Below, piece by piece: positions 1-10,988 of a DNA stretch of 64,000 nt. Both the position numbers and the translations under genes were made by a program. The notes below the pieces were generated by a model that searched no databases, was not told the origin of the DNA, and was given only the letters and a program-made list of their open reading frames with translations. The stretch is taken from contig JAQGDQ010000220.1 in the NCBI GenBank assembly GCA_030141605.1, forward strand, positions 39,786-103,785. The letters run 5' to 3'. Within the stretch, counting starts at the first letter, position 1. The number at the start of each line of letters is the position of its first letter. This DNA comes from Tubiluchus corallicola (Eukaryota > Animalia > Priapulida).

Positions 1-211
1 TTTCCTTATCCTCCCCAGGTTTCAAATAATGTCTAAACCTACACTTGCTTTCAAATTTGCAATATTTATTCCTTCCAAAATAGGAACACAACTTTTGTTC
101 ATATTCTCCTTGTTTGGCTCTATGTGCACTTTCACTGAGCTCTTGACACTCCTTTTTTGTTTTGTAGTGTCTAAACTTGCACCTGTTTTCAAATTTACAC
201 CACTTGATGCG
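1..211 (-). CDS. Partial reading frame with CCCH zinc fingers (exon of a divergent gene, or a retroelement ORF1 fragment); runs off the window
   Basis: Hand translation of 211->1 gives 70 codons with no stop: RIKWCKFENRCKFRHYKTKKECQELSESAHRAKQGEYEQKLCSYFGRNKYCKFESKCRFRHYLKPGEDKE. It holds one complete C-x8-C-x5-C-x3-H finger (29-88) and the C-terminal part of a second. It is preceded by ttttag, which is either an acceptor or a stop. Confidence 0.55.
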
Positions 212-218
212 CTAAAAG

Positions 219-880
219 TAGTGTCCTACATGGGCAGCCCAAGTAGGACACTAGCGATTTTTGTCGAGAATCGGTAATTTTGTCAAATTTTTGAAAATTC
301 TGTGAAAGTTTCTTCACTTTATTATTTACAGAAATAATTGCAAATTTAAAAATAAGACAGATGCTGCTAAGCCTTCACAACACCAAAAAGTAATTTTTAA
401 CATTTAAGAAAAGCAAGGATAATTAGTTTTAATATTATCAGTAGTATTGTAACATGTAGGGCACTGTCCTACATGGCTCGCTAGCCCATGTAGGACACAT
501 AGATTGCTAGAACGTTTACTTATAAGAAAACAATTATTTGCCCAAGAGGTAGTGAAACGGATCACCTGTTTGTGAAGTGAGACAAAATCAAAAATTATAT
601 ACCTTAAACAAATTTTGTATTCGCAAAAAAGTGGTTTTTTTCACTTCAACAACATTAATATCGAAACCAAATTTAATATTGTCCGTTCTACCAGCTCAGA
701 ATAAAATTCTTTTATTTTATTAGATGTATAATAAATTATTCAACGTGTACTAACGTTTTTAATTATTATTATTACATAAACAAGCACAACGGACGGTGTC
801 AGTACACTTAACGACTCAATTCGCGACCTGTCTCTAGTGTCCTACTTGGGCAGCCCAAGTAGACCAATTGGTCTACTTGG
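219..880. mobile_element. Probable MITE with self-palindromic termini
   Basis: Hairpin TAGTGTCCTACATGGGC-A-GCCCAAGTAGGACACTA at 219-253. A related copy lies at 835-880 and an internal one at 465-497. No clear TSD. Confidence 0.45.
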
Positions 881-904
881 CGCAGTGGTCCACTCGGCTC
901 CCAA

Positions 905-945
905 CATGACCAATCAAAAAAGTATTGGCTGAGTAGGCGGAGCTA
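905..945. promoter_or_regulatory. PTS-proximal promoter motifs: inverted CCAAT pair and GC-box-like site
   Basis: CCAAT at 910-914, ATTGG at 924-928 and AGGCGGAGC at 935-943, immediately upstream of the ATG at 963. Confidence 0.4.
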
Positions 946-962
946 ACTCATTTTACAGAAGT

Positions 963-1084
963 ATGGCCGAACACATGGATGGATTTATAGCAAATTTTAG
1001 CAAAAATTCTACTTTTGAGAATTTGTCACCAGTTATTCATATATCTAGGATAGAAAGTATCAGCACGTCTCACCGTTTGCACAG
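963..1084 (+). CDS. PTS: PTS exon 1
   Basis: MAEHMDG...ISRIESISTSHRLH(S); donor CACAG|gtatat, phase 2. The start could be the ATG at 963 or at 975. Confidence 0.85.
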
Positions 1085-1246
1085 GTATATAATCATTCAT
1101 TTGCGATTGGTAAAATTCTTTATAAATGTACGTAATGTTTTTTTATTATGTTTTGTACATACTCAAATATTCGATATTTGATTTTATCTGATAATACCCC
1201 AGTCAACATTATCAAGCCTTCTCGATCGTATGCATTTAGGGTGGTA

Positions 1247-1976
1247 GGCGCTATTACACTTTCGCACCGCCTAGCTTTTTATAGGTTATTACTCGTTTTT
1301 AGGCTCGTAAGTCATCATTCTATTATTCTTACGTCATCAGTGAATGTTTCCGCTAATCTAATTGTAATTTAATCTTATTTAGGCATAATTACCAATAATT
1401 ACGCTGTATTCACAGTTCGACACAGTATGGCCATCTTGTTTGTGTGTGGTCACGTGACGAATTTCGTACTAGTTTATGCATTATCAGGGCCTAGCTTAAA
1501 AGGCACGTGACACATTTTCATCTTCACCGCATTTACGAAATAAAGAAAAAACCTTTACTTTTTTTATAATCTAATAGTAATAATATTACAGTAATAAATA
1601 AAATCAATGATAAATAACTGTTCCGTTCCAGGCCCACCCGCGATACGATACAAACTCCCGTAGCTGCAACCCTAATAATCATAAATTATGTGAAGAAACT
1701 AAAAATACAGGCTAAGGGCCACATACGTCACTGCGCGAGAGCGATTGCGCATCAGTGATGTAAACACGGTTATTCACGTGCAGCTTTTAATGGCGGCTGT
1801 AGGTAAGTAATGCATGATTTTAATCTGATTTTAATCTGGACTTATAAAGCGTACGCAGCAATAATATTATGGGAATATGGTGTATATTACGCCTGTTGGT
1901 CTGCTTTCTGGCCTGCAGGCGTGAAAACAACCAATAGGCCAGGAAAAGCTAGGCGGTGCGAAAGTGTAATAGCGCC
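1247..1976 (+). mobile_element. Non-autonomous TIR transposon (Merlin- or MULE-like), copy 1
   Basis: 33-bp TIR GGCGCTATTACACTTTCGCACCGCCTAGCTTTT; 8-bp TSD GGGTGGTA at 1239-1246 and 1977-1984. Confidence 0.9.
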
Positions 1977-2050
1977 GGGTGGTATACTGTGCAAAGAATA
2001 CACTCTGAAGTAAGATATAACATTATAGCCACGTAACATTAATGCCTCTT

Positions 2051-2789
2051 GGCGCTATTACACTTTCGCACCGCCTAGCTTTTCCTGGCCTATTGGTTCT
2101 TTTCACGCCTGCCGGCCAGAACGCAGACCAACAGGCGTAATATACACCATATTCCCATAATATTATTACTTTGTACGCTCTATAAGCCCGGATTAAAATC
2201 AGATTAAAATCATGCATTACTTACCCACCGCCGCCATTAAAAGCTGCACGTGAATAACCGTGTTTACACCACTAATCGCTCTCGCGCAGTGACGTATGTG
2301 ACCCTTAACCTGTATTTTTAGTTTCTTCACATAATTTATGATTATTAGGGTTGCAGCTACGGGAGTTTGTATCGTATCGCGGGAAATCATTTTAGACCAC
2401 TGCAGTTATTTATCATTAATTTTATTTATTACTGTAGTATTATTACTATTAGATTATAAAAAAAGTAAAGGTTTTTTCTTTATTTCGTAAATGCGGTGAA
2501 GATGAAAGTGTGTCACGTGCTTTTAAGCTAGGCCCTGATAATGCATAAACTAGTACGAAATTCGTCACGTGACTACACACACAAACAAGATGGCGATACG
2601 CCCTGTATAGGCGTAGAACTGTGAATACAGCGTAATTATTGGTAATTATACCTAAATATATTATTAAATTACAATTAGATTAGCGGAAACATTCACTGAT
2701 GACGTAAGAATAATAGAATGATGACTTACGAGCCTAAAAACGAGTAATAACCTATAAAAAGCTAGGCGGTGCGAAAGTGTAATAGCGCC
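2051..2789 (-). mobile_element. Same element, copy 2, opposite orientation
   Basis: Same TIRs; 9-bp TSD ATGCCTCTT at 2042-2050 and 2790-2798. The body is the reverse complement of copy 1 with a few substitutions and indels. Confidence 0.9.
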
Positions 2790-2852
2790 ATGCCTCTTTG
2801 CTGGTTTTTCTACATTTAAGACTACGTTTAATGATTTGTTACATTTTGTTAG

Positions 2853-2932
2853 CATTCACTTAACAGACGAAGAGAACAAACAAGTGTTTGGCAAGTGTAA
2901 CAATCCAAATGGACATGGTCACAATTACAAAA
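2853..2932 (+). CDS. PTS: PTS exon 2
   Basis: ttag|C IHLTDEENKQVFGKCNNPNGHGHNYK A|gtaag; 80 nt; carries the catalytic Cys and Zn-binding His residues. Confidence 0.97.
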
Positions 2933-3064
2933 GTAAGATTTTTGTCTTTTAATGAAGCAGTGTAGTTGTCACATGACTTAGCAAGTTACATTGTTTGGTT
3001 CTTATAAATGACACTCAGTATAAATAATTTTCAGAGGTACTGCATAATCTAGTTACTCATTTAA

Positions 3065-3460
3065 AGGGGAAGAAACTGGAATTTTAAAAGAAAATGGAAT
3101 TTTAGAGTACATCCCCAAAACCCTCCATACAAAGTTAAATTACTTGGCATTACGGTTACCTGTTCGAAAGACTTATATAACCGGAACACATAATTCTTAG
3201 TACTTTACAATGTTTTCACGCCATCTGGAAAAATGTTGCCTGACTCACCTTCCCAGTTTGCACCACTTACTGTAAAACATGTTTTTTAAATCTTATTAAC
3301 AAGATACAATATTTTATACTTTTGTTTAGTTAACAAAGACTGTGCTACGAATGCTGTTATCATTTTTTCAAATTTTATGCAATCTATCTAAACTTTTTCG
3401 AGCATTTTACTGTCAAAATCGTTGTGCCCAAAAGTCATTGGTGGAGTTTAAATTTTCATG
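3065..3460 (+). mobile_element. Kolobok/T2-like MITE family A, truncated copy
   Basis: Starts TTAA|AGGGGAAGAAA; homologous to the copies at 19349, 29251, 35140, 40708 and 46722. Confidence 0.7.
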
Positions 3461-3599
3461 TTCTGATTCTGATTAAAAAGATTTAAATCTAGTCATTGGA
3501 TTTTTAAGGCAGTCCTGGGTTATACTGCGTTCACGACTACCTTTTTTGCTGATTCAGTGACACACACATCCCTGATATGGATTTTAGGGATTTATTACT

Positions 3600-4121
3600 C
3601 AGGGATGAGAATTTTCCGTGGATACGCGGAATTCCAAGTTTTTGGAAGACCAGTAGTGCCATTTTTGTAAATCGCGTAAATTTGTTGAGAAAATTTTTTA
3701 CGGACCCAGTATTTCACAAGCTGACCGCTAGTTGGCAGGCCGTCACTTTATTTACATCACGTACATCAATGTAACCACATGTATATCTCTATCTATAAAA
3801 ATATAGAATCAGTTGTGCGGAGATATTTGAGTCAATTGCAGACAGTTTTTATATACTTTTGCATAGGAGCGGCCAGTACTTAGGCGTTTTTGAGACAATT
3901 AGGTATCATGTATCCTTGATAGTTGGGTATTTTAAATTATGCATGAAACAAGGTAATTGATATTTTAAGTCCACTTAGAGACTCTCTGTGGTCACAAAAT
4001 TGCAATTTGTTGCTAGCTCCACGGGGGCTTTGCCCCCTTGAAACCCTTGTTGGGGGCTTAGGTGGCCCCAAAACCCCCGGCCTGTTTCAGAGTTTTTTGC
4101 AATTTGTCATTCTCATCCCTG
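3600..4121. mobile_element. hAT-type MITE with apparent 6-bp TSD
   Basis: Perfect 13-bp TIR CAGGGATGAGAAT; ATTACT lies directly outside both ends (3594-3599 and 4122-4127). Confidence 0.8.
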
Positions 4122-4363
4122 ATTACTTTTGTGTCTGGTTGTTCTACGTTCTTGCGCTTTGACTTGCACATTGATTTTCCATTAATTAGTATGTTTCCTG
4201 ATCATTTTTTTACACGACCAGGCCTTTTTCGTACATATTGGTCCAGGCTTGTTTTTGTAGGAAAATGAGTTTGTTTGAATCAACCATTGTTGCTGCTTTG
4301 GAATTTATGTGTAAGACTATTGCTCTTACCATTTTTAATATTTTTTTCTGATATTTTTTTCAG

Positions 4364-4386
4364 TTGAAGTGACAGTTAAAGGCAAG
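4364..4386 (+). CDS. PTS: PTS exon 3 (23-nt microexon)
   Basis: tttcag|TTGAAGTGACAGTTAAAGGCAAG|gtaagt = (I)EVTVKGK. Confidence 0.93.
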
Positions 4387-4820
4387 GTAAGTTTTACGCA
4401 TAGCTGCATCTCTGTTTGCATTCGCTGGTCTATTCACCGTCAAGTTTTTGTAAGTATTTGTAGAAGTGCTTACCTGTGACAACCTCAAGGTTGATTTCTC
4501 CACCTTTACTCGATTCCCAACTCAATGAAGACTTTCAGTTTATTATTACAGTATCCTTAGATCTTGCATGAAGTAGTGAAAATGTGTCGATCAACCAAAT
4601 GGTAAAAAGTGGTACAACTGACTTGGTTATCGATAGTGTCTGGACAATACGCACTCATGCACAAATTTGCATGTACATATATCTCAAGATTATTTTACAC
4701 AAAGTTTCATAGACATTTAACTTTGAAATGTAGAGGAGTCTGAGTTATGCGCATTACTAATACTTACAAGATGGCGTATTCAGTAATTCCATATTTTTTT
4801 CATAGTTTTTATGATTTTAG

Positions 4821-4877
4821 GTTGATCGTAAAAGTGGTATGGTGCTAAATATGGTGGATCTCAAAGAGGCTATCAGA
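4821..4877 (+). CDS. PTS: PTS exon 4
   Basis: ttttag|VDRKSGMVLNMVDLKEAIR|gtaagt; 57 nt. Confidence 0.95.
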
Positions 4878-5006
4878 GTAAGTAATTGAGTATATATATA
4901 TATATATGTATTCAATTTTTACTATATCACTCGCATTGCCTATTGTTCAACATAAGTTAGCGACAACTCACTATTTTAGGGAGGCTTTTCCTGTATGAAT
5001 TTTTAA

Positions 5007-5623
5007 CCACTTCACTGCCTGTATAACAAGAATTTCCTGTCATAAAAATGCTACTCTGAAGGTCTGTGTGACGAGACTGTATCATCATGCTTAATATGCA
5101 AAATAACTGACGTGTGCACTAGTAGCAATGATACCTGCCAGGTACACTTCATGAATCAGGCTTCTGAAAATAAACAGTGGTGCTGTCCTCTGTTGATCAA
5201 AAAGTTAACATATAGGCCGCAAAATACCTATAGCCAAAATGTGGGCAAAACTTGCTGTTTTGTTACTGAATCTGTGCTGTAGTCAGCTGTGTTGTAACTT
5301 TTTGCTTTCTACCCTATATTTTCCAAGATGCTTTGAATTATACCATACAAGACAAAACTAATTGTGAAGTGAAGTGGTGAAGCTGGTGTTAATGAAAATG
5401 GTAGTACTCGTGATCGTGGTGGTGGACAGCAGTGGCGGTGGCAGTGGAAATTGTGGGGGATGTCAACAAATATGGTGGTGGCAGTGACAGTTTTACAGTG
5501 AAATTGTTGGTGATGTAACAAAAGTTGCTGTAATCTACAGTCTGTAGTAGTAGCAACTTTTCTTTTTCGTGACATATTACCCCTTGCACCAGCTACAATA
5601 CAATTTGCATGGCAGTGAAGAGG
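5007..5623. mobile_element. piggyBac-like MITE
   Basis: TTAA|CCACTTCACTGCC ... GGCAGTGAAGAGG|TTAA: 12/13 TIR match with TTAA on both sides. Confidence 0.8.
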
Positions 5624-5980
5624 TTAAGAGAGCAAACTGTATCGACCTAATTTATTCAAATGTTTGTTGTTGCTAAGCAGTGGTTTTGTTTTTGGTGAAA
5701 TCTTTTCAATTTATTCATTAAATCATAAAATGTCACCCAACCATTCACATGTTAAAAGTGTCTTACTCCACTGTTTGTACAAAAGTTTGCACTGTGAAGT
5801 TCGCAGGGTGCTGGAATATACTATGTGAAGAATTAGGTTTGTTTCTTGTTACTACAAAGCAAGGTTGTTTTCTTTTATATATATATATATATATATGTAT
5901 AAAATTTTATCTTATACTACGGTGTTCTTATATGCTTATGAATATTAATTTTCTTGGCAAATATATATATATATATATAT

Positions 5981-6930
5981 AAACTCTTTATTTGCCAAGA
6001 AAATTGGAGTATTTGTAAGAATTTATAAGAATTAAATTCACACAACTGTTAAAGGCAAATGCGTCCAAGGCAAAGGGAGTTGTGTTTTGTTTCTCTCGGA
6101 AGGCTCGTTGAGAAAACCAGAAAACACGCCATCAAATAAAACTGCTTTATTTAGCGAGAATTCTACTATACAAAAGATGAAGGAACGTTGAAATGATTAC
6201 AATAAACGTGAAAATCTGGAAAACGTTTAAGTAAGTATAAATGCGTAAGTATAAGTCCGTGTTAGATCTGTGTGCGATGTGCCATCCCGTGTCGGCAGCC
6301 TGCTTCGCCTTATATAGCGCACTTGAGAAACTTCTCGAACAAATGTTCGAGAACAATCCAGACATTCCGACGGAACATTTTACGATGTTCTATGCAATTC
6401 TGCTTGACGTCAGCTATCTCCACAACAGCAGTGCAACCCAAAACCTACTGTGCACAGAAATTTAAATAGAAATGTATATTACAATATTATATGCAAATAA
6501 TAATATAGACTACATACAATATATGCATGCAATTTAAGTGGGTGTGGTTAAATAAAATTTGTAGAATAATATATATTATCATTAACGTGTGTAGGATTTT
6601 CAAAACGATTTAATGTATGTGTTTCTAATCTTGATTTCAACTCACCCAAAGACTTGTTTTAAATTTGATGGCAGGGCATTCCAGAGTTGAACTCCTTGTT
6701 TGGTGGAATTGTTATTAGTATGTGTTTGTTTAATATTTGGTTTAGTGTTGGCTCCGGGAGGAGTGGAAGCTTATTTTTTATGAAGGGTGTGTTAATATTG
6801 TTAACATGTTTGTGTAAAAATAGGATTGTGTAGTAGTCTTTATATGCTTGTAGAATTGGAATTTTAAGCATTGTTCTTGATTTTGTTGAAGTGGTTTGAT
6901 TTGTGATGATAGATCTTTTATTTGAATAAT
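5981..6930 (-). mobile_element. Probable 3' fragment of an L2/CR1-group LINE
   Basis: The minus frame KRSIITN...MLKIPILQAYKDYYTILFLHKHVNN resembles a post-RT LINE ORF2 C-terminus. It ends in TTTTCTTGGCAAATAAA followed by (TA)n. Confidence 0.4.
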
Positions 6931-6992
6931 CAGAGACCAATCTTATGGCAAAATTTTTAAGGCTGACATTTATAATAAACGTTTTTTCATAG

Positions 6993-7063
6993 GTAGCTGC
7001 TGTAGAACCATTGGACCACAAAAATATAGACAAAGATGTAGAATATTTTTTTGACAAAGTCAG
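6993..7063 (+). CDS. PTS: PTS exon 5
   Basis: catag|VAAVEPLDHKNIDKDVEYFFDKV(S)|gtaata; 71 nt. Confidence 0.95.
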
Positions 7064-7503
7064 GTAATATTTTTAGCCATATTTCGCATATGTAGAAAGT
7101 ATAGCTATGCTAATTTAATATCTCTGTAGAAAGTTTATCAGGAAATTCAAGTACACATGTCTCATGTACTGGGGTTAGTTTCGCATTCTTTGCAGTTATA
7201 GTAAGAACTGAGATACATATCATTATCTGACTATGAAATTAATATTTTGTTCATACTTACTGCATTAGTTAGATGAACAGTGCTGGAAAAAGAGGAGCAG
7301 ATGTTATTAAGAGGCCCGTCTTAGTCAGAAGTAATGAGATCTGACTGGAATTCTATTTCAAGTATCGGGCTTCGAAAATGAGTGTCATAAAATAAACTTG
7401 GAGATTTAAGACATCGCATGTAGGCCTACAGTGTACTTATTCAGTTGTGTTTGTTCCTGCTTTTTTGCTGTATGCATATAGTTTACATATTCTTTCTTTT
7501 CAG

Positions 7504-7633
7504 TACGACGGAGAACGTTGCAGTGTACATTTGGAAAAACTTGGAGAAAATTTTACCAAAGGGAGTTCTGTACGAAGTGAGAGTCCACGAAACTGACAAA
7601 AATGTGGTATATTATCGTGGTGAGTGGCAGTAA
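7504..7633 (+). CDS. PTS: PTS exon 6 (terminal coding exon)
   Basis: tttcag|[43 protein letters not shown]. Confidence 0.96.
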
Positions 7634-9136
7634 GGGAAGTCTTCCAAGCTGTACGAGCCATTTCTGTGTGAAATCTCAGGCTAAGGGCAAGATGTTGCTA
7701 TTACTGCCGTAGTTGATGACAGTAGTGCAAATCATCCAAATTGTGGACTTGTTTCAAAGATGGGTTTTTTAGCATTTGCAAAAAGTCCGGATCTGCACCC
7801 GCACAGGTCTGCAAGCATTTGATAAAGGCAGGATCCGAATTCACTTTGCGTCCACATCCGGAAGGATCAGTGAGCACTTGACAAAATTGAGATCTAGATC
7901 AGTACCAGAAGAGTTTATAGAGCCAAGTCTACTGTGTTTGGATCTGGGACAATAATTGTGTGGTGCGCCAAATAAGCAGCAATGCTTGGATCATAATGGA
8001 TATCTCAAGATTGTTAAACTATCTGTCACGAATAAGTCGATCAAATTCAATACCAAAAAGAGCCAGGTTGAATTTGGATCAGCATATTGGGTATGCTGTA
8101 TCTGCATTAGATCCACAACATTATGGTCTGCATCCTAAAAAGTGCAAAAAAACAATAGTTTTAGTATCTGGGTCTGCCGCATGCTTTTCTTGCTTGTAAT
8201 GTGGAAACTGGTAAATGTGGAATAACATCTTAATGTAATGGTCAGCAACAAAAGTCAAAATCTCCTTGCAGATGGTCCAAGCTATTGGTACTCTATATTG
8301 TGTCATGTTGTGACATGTAACAGTGGATAATGTGAGGTTGTATTCTCTCACGTCTAATGGAGTTGTTCAGTAAGCGTGTTATACGAATTTAGATTTTCTG
8401 ACAGCTGTGATAATACAACTGTTACATTTTTCAGATTATAACAAAACAGAGATTACATTTAAAAACTAAAAAACTATACTCCAAAGAATGTACGTTTTAG
8501 TATAAATTGATTTATAAACATGAAAACAGTCACAATAAACAGTTATCATTAATGAGTTAGTTACATATTTATAGGTACATTTTTTACAAATAAATGTACA
8601 GAAATGAAATTTACGTTCTTAACTAGAATTATATTTTATAAATACATATCAATGTAACACCGGTTTCAAGCTACTGTTAACAAACTGATCCCGCAATCTC
8701 GACTGCAAAAGTAACAAAAAGAAAAATCTACAAAAATACGTTTTAATTGTGCAAATACCTGGAATGTTTGCATTTAATACCAGTTTAATATATCATTAAT
8801 AGAAATGTTCTGTCTAGCAAGCTAAAATGCTAGCCTTGTAGCAAAAAAAATCTATAAGCTAGCTAAAATAATACGGTCACAATTCCCAAAATTAATAACA
8901 AATACAAGCAAAACAGGTTTTCCTACATCACCTATACAAAAACTTAAATATATTTACTCCACAAACCAGCTTGGGTTCGTCGTATTTCTTATTTACACAA
9001 ACTCGGAACGGTACAGAAAACAAGTTTTTTCGGACCGTTCATAAATGGAATGTACATGGTGTGGACATAAACGGCTATTTTAACCAATGAGGGCTTGCTC
9101 ACAGTGCAGCAGCAACTCAAACTTTTGCCAGTTACT

Positions 9137-9571
9137 GGGGGATGAGCTTTGAACATTCAAATCAAATTCAAATTTTTAGCTCAAATTGTGCTCTCTTTTT
9201 AGTTCGAATTCGATTTGAATCTGAAATTACAGGTTTTAATAATTCAGCATTTCAACCAACTATATAGGGGGCCTCTGTTCTTCATCATTAAAATGTTTGA
9301 AACATTATATGCAATTAGCAATTTAGCTGTGATTTTTGTGCACAATTTTTAAACAAGTTGGTAGCTTTTACTGCAAAACATAATCAAGTAATATGTCTTA
9401 TATGATCTTTGTGAGAATGCTTTGTAGTAATGAATTGAAAATTTGTTTGAAAATCTTTAAAACTGGATTCTAATTCGATTCAAGATTTCAACATTCAGTT
9501 TGATTGGAATTCGAAAGCCACAAATTTGATTCGATGCAAATTTGCTTTCTGGTAAAGAATGCTCATCCCTA
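9137..9571. mobile_element. Degenerate hAT-type MITE with TTCGA subterminal repeats
   Basis: Ends GGGGGATGAGC ... GCTCATCCCTA; flanks GTTACT and CTTACT; many ATTCGA/TTTGAA motifs near both ends. Confidence 0.6.
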
Positions 9572-10988
9572 CTTACTTTAACATATTTTCAAACTTTGAA
9601 AAACAAAATGAACATGTAATTTTGACAGTGTTGTGGGTCTACGTAACACAGTTTAGACAGTGAAACAGCATGTCAGACATTATGGATGCATTTTCACAAA
9701 ACAGCCAACTTCCGAACTGGCTCTTTGTGTCCATGGAACAATATTCTAAAGATCTTGGAAATGTGAGTCTTTTCACTTTCAAAAAATGTTGTACAAAAAG
9801 AGCATGCTTACTGAATTATAATAATCATTACAATATTGTAAACTTAACGACTATCACATTAATTAAACACTGAAAATCTCCGCATTTGTTGAGATGCTCC
9901 TAATAATCAGCAAAAGAGTATAACTTACCCTTTAAAGATGTTGATAGATAGCTAAATAATGCTGGAGGGTATCATGTCACCAAGTTTTCAACTCCTGCTT
10001 ATTATTTAAATATGAGTAACACATTAAGAAACTTTGCTATAAATGTACAGTAATATCAGTTGAACTGATATGGCTAACAAAATGTTAAACTACAAAAACA
10101 AATGGCTCATTTTAATAGCTATTTTGAGTATTTTCAACATAAAAAAAGAAAAAACACCTTGGTAACACTCATTAATTCTCCTCTGATATTCATGATATCT
10201 ATTATTGATAGACAGACTCCTCTGCTATCTGTTATTTTTATAGACATCAGGTACTATAATAATATTGTTTAGGCACCTTAATACATGAGGGTTTATGCAT
10301 CAATTAAAAATTCTATGAAAAACCATAAGACCAGTTCTAACAATACATGCATGAGTACAGATCTCAAAAAGAATAAATAACTTGGTTGCTCTCTATGTAA
10401 ATATGTTAACAAAAAATCTCTTAATTATAATTTCCTAATCTTGTTATCTACATAAATGCCATGTTTATTAACAACAAGAAAACCATACTTGTATTAATGT
10501 CCGACAGAATTAAAAAAGTAAGGAAAATAATTATATTTGATTCAAACATTGCAATTAAATTCAAAATTCAATCAAAAACTATAAAAAAGCCTTCAGTAAG
10601 CCACTCTCATTGTGGTCACTTTACTGCCATTGTTTAGCTCAGCTACGAAAAATAAACAGGAAAAATTACGCAAAAGAATACTGGAAGAGGCAACAACAAA
10701 AATTTCAATTAGCAATAATTGTACGTCTATAGCTATAGTTGCAAAATAAAACTGTGCTATGTAATCAATCCCATAGTTGTATTTAAAAGTTTTTGTAGGC
10801 AGCTGATTTCAAACTACGTGTTATGAACAAGTTTTAATGGCAGAAGATTATAATGATCCCCCAAGCAGAGAAAGACCCAGACACCTTTTTATACTTCAAA
10901 GAAATTAACCAAATCTTAGACTGCGAAAGAGACACTTTCTCTCTCAGCTATGACAACCCAAAATTACATAAGGCCATATATTGTTGTA

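Larger units (their letters stand above)
963..7633 (+). other. PTS: Gene span: 6-pyruvoyl-tetrahydropterin synthase, 6 coding exons, 160 aa
   Basis: join(963..1084,2853..2932,4364..4386,4821..4877,6993..7063,7504..7633) = 483 nt, all introns GT-AG and in frame. Motifs SHRL, GKCNNPNGHGHNY, GMVLN, PLDHKN, STTENVA and HET are present. Confidence 0.96.

Noticed and set aside
2694-2735. Hammerhead-like CTGATGA-C-GTAAG...CTTAC stem in both copies of the PTS intron 1 element
   Set aside because: The stem is followed by GAGC, not the required GAAA, and I found no stem I/III with an NUH cleavage site.
1148-2855. Mirror-image ORF pairs (MHDFNLIL..., GAITLSHRLAF...)
   Set aside because: By-products of the inverted MITE copies, with no transposase motifs. 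The SHRL match to PTS is coincidental.
7620-7625. GTGAGT donor consensus inside the last PTS codons (possible alternative C-terminus)
   Set aside because: It coincides with the conserved C-terminal RGE residues, and no downstream exon was identified.
7780-8180. GGATC/GATCC-rich tract after the PTS stop (possible old hAT MITE)
   Set aside because: No clear TIR or TSD; too degenerate to call.
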